Part shown: piece after piece, positions 57,203 to 64,000 of the stretch
How positions within the stretch are numbered: position 1 is the first letter of the stretch
Layout: each line of letters starts with the position of its first letter
Source: a candidate division WOR-3 bacterium
Lineage (GTDB): Bacteria; Hydrothermota; Tepidihabitantia; Tepidihabitantales; DTDR01
Direction: 5' to 3'
Length of the DNA stretch: 64,000 nucleotides
Assembly: GCA_039801885.1 (NCBI GenBank)
Contig: JBDRVN010000003.1
Span: 3 to 64,002 of the forward strand
The notes under the pieces: generated by a model
Told to the model about the DNA's origin: nothing
The model's input: the letters and a program-made list of their open reading frames with translations, nothing else
Databases searched by the model: none
Translations under genes and position numbers: made by a program

Positions 57203-59056
57203 GTGAAAATATTAAATTTATTTAATAACAAAAGAATTGTAGCAGGAAAGATTGGTGGAAAATTAGTTGATTTAACTTTGGAAATTAACGAAGAAGATAA
57301 AGATAAAATAGAACCAGTATATTTTGATAGTGAAGAAGGAAAGAGTATCTTTTGGCATTCTTCTGCTCATCTTTTAGCCCAGGCAGTAAAATCTCTTTTT
57401 CCTTCGGTAAAATTAGGAATTGGACCAGCAATTGAAGATGGTTTCTATTATGATTTTTATAAAATTCCGCCATTTTCTGAAGGAGATTTTTCTTTAATTG
57501 AAGAAAAGATGAGAGAAATTGTTGAATTAGATTTACCCGTTGAGCATTTATATTTAGATAGGGAAGAGGCGATTAGATATTTTAAAGAAAAGGGTGAGGA
57601 TTTTAAATTAGAGATTTTGGGTGAAATACCTGATGAAAAAATTTCCGTATACAAGCAGGGTGACTTTATTGACCTTTGCTTAGGACCTCATTTGCCAAGA
57701 ACAGGAATGATTAAAGCCTTTAAACTTTTGAGTGTTGCGGGTGCTTATTGGAAGGGAGATGAGAGAAATCCAATGTTATCAAGAATATACGGAGTTTCTT
57801 TCCCAACAATAGAGGAATTAGAAGAATATTTAAAATTTTTAGAAGAAGCAAAAAAAAGAGACCATCGGAAATTAGGGGTCTCTTTAGAACTTTTTTCCTT
57901 TTTTGAAGAGGCCGGTAGTGGTTTGGTGTATTGGTTGCCGAAAGGAGCAATTTTAAGAAGAATTATTGAAGAATATTGGATTGAAAAACATTTAGAAAAA
58001 GGTTATCAACTTGTTTATACTCCTCATATGGCTCGGGAAGGATTGTGGCGAATTTCTGGTCACACAAAATATTATAAAGAGAATATGTACTTTATTCCCC
58101 AGGAGAATGAAAATTATGTATTAAAACCAATGAATTGTCCCGGACATATTTTAATTTATAAATCAAAGGTCAGAAGTTATAAAGATTTACCTTTAAGAAT
58201 TTGTGAGTTAGGCACAGTTTATCGGCAAGAGAGGAGTGGTGTTTTATATGGCACTTTAAGAGTGAAAGGTTTTACCCAAGACGATGCCCATATCTTTGTA
58301 ACTCCAGAAAAAGTGGAAGAAGAGATTGTTAATATTTTAAATTTTTCTTTGGAGATGTTAAAAGATTTTGGCTTTAAAGATTTTGATTTTGAGCTCTCCT
58401 TACGAAGTTTATCAGAAAAGGAGAAATATATGGGAAGCGAAGAAGAATGGGAGATGGCAGAAAGGTCGTTAATAAAAGCTTTGAAAAGTTTAAATCTTTC
58501 TTATAAAGAGGCTTATGGTGAAGCAACTTTCTATGGACCGAAGATTGATTTAAAATTACAAGGATTTATAAAAAAAGAACAAACAACAACTATTCAATTT
58601 GATTTTAATCTTCCTAAACAGTTTAGAGTTACTTATATGGGAAAAGATGGTTATCATCACGAAACAGTAATTGTTCACCGAACAATTCTTGGCTCTTTGG
58701 AAAGATTTTTAGGAGTGTTAATTGAATATTATGGTGGTGTTTTTCCAGTTTGGCTTTCACCAGTTCAAACGGTTGTAATGACAATAACCGAAAGAGAAAT
58801 TCCTTATGCGCAAAAGGTTTATGAAAAGATAAAAAAAGAAAAAATAAGGATAGAAGCCGATTTTCGTTCAGAAAAAATTAATTATAAAATTGCTGAGCAT
58901 GAGCGGATGAAAATTCCTTATATGATAATAATTGGTAAAAGAGAAGTAGAAAATAATTGTGTTAGTATCCGAAAAAGAAAAGAAGGGGATTTAGGAAGAA
59001 TGGATTTAGAAGGGTTTATTAAAATGGTAAAAGAAGATATTGAAAAAAGGAGGTAA
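57203..59056 (+). CDS. thrS: Threonine--tRNA ligase
   Basis: HSSAHLLAQA editing-domain motif, class II motifs (FRVKGFTQDDAHIF, GPKIDL), and C-terminal anticodon-binding domain. Confidence 0.9.
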   Translation: MKILNLFNNKRIVAGKIGGKLVDLTLEINEEDKDKIEPVYFDSEEGKSIFWHSSAHLLAQAVKSLFPSVKLGIGPAIEDGFYYDFYKIPPFSEGDFSLIEEKMREIVELDLPVEHLYLDREEAIRYFKEKGEDFKLEILGEIPDEKISVYKQGDFIDLCLGPHLPRTGMIKAFKLLSVAGAYWKGDERNPMLSRIYGVSFPTIEELEEYLKFLEEAKKRDHRKLGVSLELFSFFEEAGSGLVYWLPKGAILRRIIEEYWIEKHLEKGYQLVYTPHMAREGLWRISGHTKYYKENMYFIPQENENYVLKPMNCPGHILIYKSKVRSYKDLPLRICELGTVYRQERSGVLYGTLRVKGFTQDDAHIFVTPEKVEEEIVNILNFSLEMLKDFGFKDFDFELSLRSLSEKEKYMGSEEEWEMAERSLIKALKSLNLSYKEAYGEATFYGPKIDLKLQGFIKKEQTTTIQFDFNLPKQFRVTYMGKDGYHHETVIVHRTILGSLERFLGVLIEYYGGVFPVWLSPVQTVVMTITEREIPYAQKVYEKIKKEKIRIEADFRSEKINYKIAEHERMKIPYMIIIGKREVENNCVSIRKRKEGDLGRMDLEGFIKMVKEDIEKRR

Positions 59057-59060
59057 TTTT

Positions 59061-59630
59061 ATTAACAATAAAAATTGGCGAATAAACGAAAATATAAAAG
59101 CTTTAAAAGTAAGGGTGATTGATGAAAATAGAAAAAATTTAGGGATTATGTTAACAAAAGAGGCTTTAAAATTGGCAAGAGAAAAAAATTTAGACTTAGT
59201 GGAGATTGTTTCCAATGCTTCGCCCCCGGTTTGTTACATTATTGATTATGGTAAATTTAAATATGAACAACAACAGAAAGAGAAAGAATTAAAGAAGAAA
59301 CAGCAAAGTTCGGTTTTAAAGGAAGTAAGACTTTCACCAAAAATAAATGAACATGATTATCAAACAAAACTGAATCAAATAAAGGAATTCTTAGAAGCAA
59401 AGCAAAGAGTAAGGGTAACAATAATGATGAGAGGTCGAGAATCAATCCATAAAGAATTAGGAATAAACTTAATGGAAAAACTTATTAAGGATATTGAAGA
59501 ATTTGGCTACTTGGAAGGGAAGCCAAAGTTTTTGGGTGGAGGTGGGCATATTATTCAATTAACTTTTTTGCCGGGCAAAAAAATTATTAAAAAAGAAGAG
59601 GAGAGAAAAGATGAAGTTAAAAACCCATAG
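59061..59630 (+). CDS. infC: Translation initiation factor IF-3, probable AUU start
   Basis: INENIKALKVRVIDENRKNLGIM... matches IF-3. AAGGAGGT SD lies 7 nt before an in-frame ATT at 59061. The upstream ATG of the track ORF (59040) lies inside the thrS coding end. Confidence 0.8.
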   Translation: MNNKNWRINENIKALKVRVIDENRKNLGIMLTKEALKLAREKNLDLVEIVSNASPPVCYIIDYGKFKYEQQQKEKELKKKQQSSVLKEVRLSPKINEHDYQTKLNQIKEFLEAKQRVRVTIMMRGRESIHKELGINLMEKLIKDIEEFGYLEGKPKFLGGGGHIIQLTFLPGKKIIKKEEERKDEVKNP

Positions 59631-59805
59631 AGGTTTAAAAAAGAGAATTAAAGTAACTGGTAAAGGAAAAATTTTACATTGGCGAGCAGGTAAATCTCAT
59701 TTATTGGCAAAGAAAACAAAAAAAAGAAAGAGGAAATTGTCGTTAAAAAAAGAATTCAGTAAAAAAGATGAAAAAAGGATTAGAAGGTTAATAACAGGAA
59801 TTTAG
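59611..59805 (+). CDS. rpmI: 50S ribosomal protein L35
   Basis: MKLKTHRGLKKRIKVTGKGKI...KRKRKL matches bL35. Confidence 0.8.
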   Translation: MKLKTHRGLKKRIKVTGKGKILHWRAGKSHLLAKKTKKRKRKLSLKKEFSKKDEKRIRRLITGI

Positions 59806-59816
59806 GAGGTGAAGTT

Positions 59817-60173
59817 ATGCCGAGGGTAAAGACCGGACCTTATACAAGAAAAAGAAGAAAAAAATGGCTAAAGTATGCTAAAGGTTATTGGGGTGGTAAA
59901 CATCGACTTTATAAGACCGCACGATTACAAGTAATGAAGGCTTGGCTTTCTGCTTATCGGGAAAGAAAACGTAAAAAAAGAGTTTTTAGAAGATTATGGA
60001 TTATCCGACTTAACGCCGCTTTAAGGCCTTATGGAATTAATTATTCTAAGTTTATTAATGGTTTGAAACTCGCTAATATCTCTCTTAATCGAAAAGTCCT
60101 ATCAGAAATGGCGATTAATAATCCAGAAGAATTTGAAAAAATTGTTGAATTGGTGAAAGAAAAATTAAATTGA
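59817..60173 (+). CDS. rplT: 50S ribosomal protein L20
   Basis: MPRVKTGPYTRKRRKKWLKYAKGYWGGK matches bL20. Confidence 0.9.
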   Translation: MPRVKTGPYTRKRRKKWLKYAKGYWGGKHRLYKTARLQVMKAWLSAYRERKRKKRVFRRLWIIRLNAALRPYGINYSKFINGLKLANISLNRKVLSEMAINNPEEFEKIVELVKEKLN

Positions 60174-61174
60174 TTGAAGAATTAGAAAAGATTATTCAGG
60201 AAGTAGAAAAAGAATTTTCTTTAATAAATAATCTAACCGATTTAGAAAATTTCCGAATTAAATATCTTGGAAGAAAAGGTGTCTTAACAACCTTTTTAAG
60301 AAAAATAAAAGATTTATCAATTGAAGAGAAAAAAATCATTGGCAAAAGAGCTAATGATTTTAAAGAATATTTAGAAAAAATAATTGAGGAAAAAAAGGTT
60401 TCTTTAAAAAAAGAGAAAATAGAAGTTTCTTTTGATTATACCTTACCGGGAAGGAAATTCTGGCTTGGGCATAAGCATCCAATAACCCAGGTGATGGAAG
60501 AATGTATAGATATTTTTGTTCGGATGGGTTTTAAGGAAGAGCAAGGACCGGAAATTGAAGATGAATGGCACAATTTTACTGCTTTAAATATTCCGCCTTT
60601 ACATCCGGCAAGGGATATGTTTTCAACATTTTATCTTCCAGACGGTAGATTGTTAAGAAGCCATACTTCACCGGTTCAAATAAGGGTAATGGAGAGAGAA
60701 AGACCTCCAATAAGAATTATTGCTCCCGGTCGAGTTTTTCGACCGGATGATTTTGATGCTTCCCATTCGCCGGTTTTTTATCAAATAGAAGGACTTTACG
60801 TTGATACCGATGTTACTTTCTTAGACTTAAAAACAACTGTTGAAGAATTTTGTCGGATGCTTTTTGGTAAAGAAGTGATTATAAAATTTACTCCTTCTTA
60901 TTTTCCTTTTACTGAGCCAAGTGCCGAGGTTTCCATTTCTTGTTTAAATTGTTTAGGAAAAGGTTGTGAACGTTGCCGGAATAAAGGTTTTTTAGAAATC
61001 TTGGGCTGCGGAATGGTTCATCCACAAGTTTTAAAGAATGTAAATATTGACCCAGAAATTTATAGTGGTTTTGCCTTTGGTTTAGGGGTAGAAAGAATTA
61101 CGATGATAAAATTTCAAATTGATGATATAAGACTTTTTTACCAAAACGATATCAGATTTTTATCCCAGTTCTAA
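60170..61174 (+). CDS. pheS: Phenylalanine--tRNA ligase alpha subunit (TTG start)
   Basis: FPFTEPSAEV, GCGMVHP and GFAFGLGVERI class II motifs. Start overlaps the rplT stop. Confidence 0.9.
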   Translation: MIEELEKIIQEVEKEFSLINNLTDLENFRIKYLGRKGVLTTFLRKIKDLSIEEKKIIGKRANDFKEYLEKIIEEKKVSLKKEKIEVSFDYTLPGRKFWLGHKHPITQVMEECIDIFVRMGFKEEQGPEIEDEWHNFTALNIPPLHPARDMFSTFYLPDGRLLRSHTSPVQIRVMERERPPIRIIAPGRVFRPDDFDASHSPVFYQIEGLYVDTDVTFLDLKTTVEEFCRMLFGKEVIIKFTPSYFPFTEPSAEVSISCLNCLGKGCERCRNKGFLEILGCGMVHPQVLKNVNIDPEIYSGFAFGLGVERITMIKFQIDDIRLFYQNDIRFLSQF

Positions 61175-62049
61175 AATCCGTAAACAGTTTTTTTAATGAA
61201 ATGAGCATCCTTTCGCCAGTTTTCTTTTAATTTTATCCAAAGTTCTAAATAGATTTCTTTTCCTAAAAAGGCTTCAATCCTTTTTCTTGCCGTTTCTCCT
61301 AATCTTTTAAGTGCCTTTCCATCTTTGCCAATAATAATCTTTTTTTGAGACGGTTTTTCTACATAAATAGTTGCTCTAATATAATCCTTTCCCTTTTCTC
61401 TTTCTTTAAATTCTTCTACTTCCACAGTAGTGCAATAGGGAATTTCTTCGCCATAAAGATTAAAGATTGCTTCTCTAATAAATTCGCTAACAAAAAATCT
61501 TTCGTTTTTCTCGCTAATCATATCTGGTTCATAATAGGGTTCTCCTTCTTTTAGATATTTAACAATTCCTTCTTTCAATTCTTCAATACCAATATTTTTT
61601 AAAGCCGAGATTGGATAAATTTCTAAAAATCCCATTTGGTTATAGGTTTCAATTAATGGCAAAATCAAATCTTTTTTTACTAAATCTACTTTATTTATTA
61701 CGATAAAACAAATTTTATCTTTTTCTTTTATCTTTTTAATTATTTCCTTTTCTAAATCATCGGGCGGACCAAAAGGTTCGCAGACAAAAAGAGCAATATC
61801 AGAGGATTCCAAACTTTCCTCAATCTCTTTTACCATAAATTCTTGTAATAGATATTTTGGTTTTAAAACTCCCGGAGTATCTAAAAAGATAATTTGGTAA
61901 TCTTTTTCGGAAAGAATACCTAAAATTTTATGGCGGGTTGTTTGGGGTTTTTGTGAGACTGCTGATAAAGGAGTATTTAATAAACGGTTTAAAAGTAAAG
62001 ATTTACCGACATTTGGTTTACCAAAAATTCCACAATATCCTACTTTCAT
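61171..62049 (-). CDS. era: GTPase Era
   Basis: G1 GKPNVGKSLL, G3 DTPG, NKVD, and a C-terminal KH domain. Confidence 0.85.
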   Translation of the reverse strand: MKVGYCGIFGKPNVGKSLLLNRLLNTPLSAVSQKPQTTRHKILGILSEKDYQIIFLDTPGVLKPKYLLQEFMVKEIEESLESSDIALFVCEPFGPPDDLEKEIIKKIKEKDKICFIVINKVDLVKKDLILPLIETYNQMGFLEIYPISALKNIGIEELKEGIVKYLKEGEPYYEPDMISEKNERFFVSEFIREAIFNLYGEEIPYCTTVEVEEFKEREKGKDYIRATIYVEKPSQKKIIIGKDGKALKRLGETARKRIEAFLGKEIYLELWIKLKENWRKDAHFIKKTVYGF

Positions 62050-62972
62050 ATCCCCATTTTTCTAAATTTCTCAATCCGCTCATTTAGAATTTCCTCTTTC
62101 GACAGTTTTATTAGCGCTCTTAAATTTTTTAAAATTGCTTCTTTTAAAATTTTTGCTGCTTCTTCCCAATTTTGATGAGCACCACCGAGAGGTTCTTTAA
62201 CGATCTCGTCAATAATACCAAATTCTAAAAGTTCGTAGGCAGTCAGTTTAAGCATCTCCGCAGCCTTTTCTGCTTTAGAACCGTCCCGCCATAAAATAGA
62301 AGCACATCCTTCTGGTGAGATAACAGAATAAATAGCATTTTCCATCATTAATACCCGATTACCAATGGCGATTGCCAAAGCACCGCCTGAGCCACCTTCG
62401 CCAATTATCACAACGATAATTGGAACGGTTAATAACGACATCTCTTTAATAGTTTCGGCAATTGCTTCAGCTTGCCCTCTTTCTTCCGCACCAATTCCCG
62501 GAAAGGCACCAGGTGTATCAATAAAACTAATTATTGGTAAATTGTATTTCTCACCAAGTTTCATTATTCTTAATGCCTTACGATATCCTTCCGGATGGGG
62601 CATTCCAAAATTTCTTTTCAATTTTTCTTTGGTATCCCTTCCTTTTTGATGACCAACAATCACACAATTAATATCTTCAATCTTTCCTAAACCACCAACA
62701 ATCGCTAAATCATCACCAAATCTTCTATCGCCATGAAGTTCAATAAAATCTTCGGTAATCCTTTCAATATAATCTAAGGCATAAGGTCTTTGGGGATGTC
62801 TTGCTAATAATACCCTTTGCCAAGGAGTAATTTTCTCAAAAATCTTTTTCTTAACTTTTGTTAAGGCATTTTCCAATTTTCTTAATTTATCTTCGTTGCC
62901 ATTTTTCTTTGCCTCTTCAATCTTTTCTATTAACTTTACAATCGGTTTTTCAAAATCTAAATACTCTTTCAT
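62046..62972 (-). CDS. accA: Acetyl-CoA carboxylase carboxyltransferase subunit alpha
   Basis: IGEGGSGGALAIAIGNRVLMMENA motif. Roughly 308 aa. Confidence 0.85.
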   Translation of the reverse strand: MKEYLDFEKPIVKLIEKIEEAKKNGNEDKLRKLENALTKVKKKIFEKITPWQRVLLARHPQRPYALDYIERITEDFIELHGDRRFGDDLAIVGGLGKIEDINCVIVGHQKGRDTKEKLKRNFGMPHPEGYRKALRIMKLGEKYNLPIISFIDTPGAFPGIGAEERGQAEAIAETIKEMSLLTVPIIVVIIGEGGSGGALAIAIGNRVLMMENAIYSVISPEGCASILWRDGSKAEKAAEMLKLTAYELLEFGIIDEIVKEPLGGAHQNWEEAAKILKEAILKNLRALIKLSKEEILNERIEKFRKMGI

Positions 62973-63802
62973 TTTATTTTTCCAAAAGTAATACCAAAAT
63001 GATGAGAAGAGGGTAGAGATTTAAAAATTTGGTAGGCATAGGATATTTTTAAAATATTTTCTTTTAAAGGATTTATGGAAAAGCCGATATTAAAACTCCT
63101 ATTATAAAAATTATAACCACTTTTTAAATCAATTATTGGATGAGGTTTCAATTCTAAACCCAATTTTAAATAATTCTCTTTTTCCCTTAAATCCCGACTA
63201 AATTCCAAGTAATTTTTTAAAAAATCTATCGGTGAAAGTTTTAAAGTTAAATTTAAATTATTTGGCGGATAGAAATTTTGGGAGATATAGTGTAAGGGTA
63301 AAGAGAGATTAGTAAAACTTATAGAACCTGTTAGATATTTAATTGGTGAATAATCTACTCCCAAATCAAAACCAAAAGTATAATCGGAATAGATATATAA
63401 TGTGGAATAATAAAATTTTAAGGAAAAACCAATATTAAAATTTTGAGAAATTTTTTTGCTTGTTAAAAAAGAAATAATAAAATCCTCTGAGGAGTAATAA
63501 CCCCAGAAATCAGAAGGAAATTTTCCCCTTCTTTCAATTTCACCATATTTAAAATTCACAATTTCTAAACCATAATTCGCTAAACCTGTTTCTCTTAAAA
63601 AAAGAAGAGAAATTTGAGAAGTTGATAAGAGATAAGAACTATAATTTGTTTCTATTAAAAATTTTTTATAATTGGCATATTTAGCAGGATTATGAGCAAG
63701 AGAGCCCAAAGAGATTTCCTCTAAAGTAATACCATTATTTAAAAAACTGAAAGCAAAAAGGAAATTTAATAATAAAAAATTAAACTTCAATAATTTCAAC
63801 AT
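62969..63802 (-). CDS. Hypothetical outer-membrane (beta-barrel-like) protein
   Basis: Signal peptide, alternating hydrophobic pattern, and an aromatic-rich C-terminus (HFGITFGKIK). Confidence 0.35.
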   Translation of the reverse strand: MLKLLKFNFLLLNFLFAFSFLNNGITLEEISLGSLAHNPAKYANYKKFLIETNYSSYLLSTSQISLLFLRETGLANYGLEIVNFKYGEIERRGKFPSDFWGYYSSEDFIISFLTSKKISQNFNIGFSLKFYYSTLYIYSDYTFGFDLGVDYSPIKYLTGSISFTNLSLPLHYISQNFYPPNNLNLTLKLSPIDFLKNYLEFSRDLREKENYLKLGLELKPHPIIDLKSGYNFYNRSFNIGFSINPLKENILKISYAYQIFKSLPSSHHFGITFGKIK

Positions 63803-64000
63803 TTGCCCGTGGGATTATTACCCTTCTTTTGTCTTCTAATTCTACTTCTAAAACCCTTACATAAGATTCGGTTTCAATCTTTTGTAATTCTACCGGTAAA
63901 GAAACTACTTTACCAATCATTCCAAAATAAGGTTCGCGAATAATTCTTACCGGCGTGCCGATTTCTAATCCTTGGGAATATTTAAAAGAATCTTTATCAT
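63780..64000 (-). CDS. 3' fragment of an unidentified gene (5' end outside window), KOW-like C-terminus
   Basis: Open frame ...GTPVRIIREPYFGMIGKVV...RANVEIIEV with a stop at 63780-63782. The G-x-V-R-I-x-x-G-P-F-x-G pattern is reminiscent of NusG-type KOW motifs. Confidence 0.3.
   Translation of the reverse strand, partial: DKDSFKYSQGLEIGTPVRIIREPYFGMIGKVVSLPVELQKIETESYVRVLEVELEDKRRVIIPRANVEIIEV

Overview
This is an AT-rich bacterial chromosomal window of roughly 30% GC, densely coded on both strands, with no transposase, integrase or CRISPR array visible. Most of it is housekeeping:
- a purL 3' fragment
- an AddAB-type helicase-nuclease pair
- the gap-pgk-tpiA-secG operon
- rplU, thyX, uvrA, ymdB-rny, zapA and pheT
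- metK-ahcY
- rng
- thrS-infC-rpmI-rplT-pheS
- era and accA
- tRNA-Leu(TAA) and tRNA-Val(CAC)

The lineage-specific content points to a type IX secretion (T9SS) organism of the Fibrobacteres-Chlorobi-Bacteroidetes type. Five secreted proteins carry the Por C-terminal sorting domain (lamin-tail-domain, Kelch and two BNR/Asp-box proteins, plus one hypothetical). There is also a PorY/PorX-like two-component pair (receiver+PglZ) and a TonB-ExbB-ExbD-ExbD cluster.

The candidates most worth follow-up are:
- a roughly 175-nt GC-rich, highly structured RNA candidate between rny and zapA
- a minus-strand operon megL-like / 129-aa unknown / Fe-S DinG-XPD helicase / PflX-like radical SAM
- an operon hypB-hypA-radical SAM(TIGR03960+DUF2344 fusion)-rng with no hydrogenase nearby
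- two paralogous HgdB/YjiM-like (DUF2229) proteins lacking an activase ATPase, next to a tRNA-Leu that overlaps a Mut7-C RNase gene
- a tandem array of roughly 24-bp imperfect palindromes plus an orphan minus-strand terminator upstream of metK
- a GIY-YIG-like nuclease convergently overlapping addA
- a recurring leaderless promoter architecture (TATAAT 5-6 nt before the start codon) at several genes
- an AUU start codon for infC

All functional calls rest on motif recognition by eye; no database search was run.
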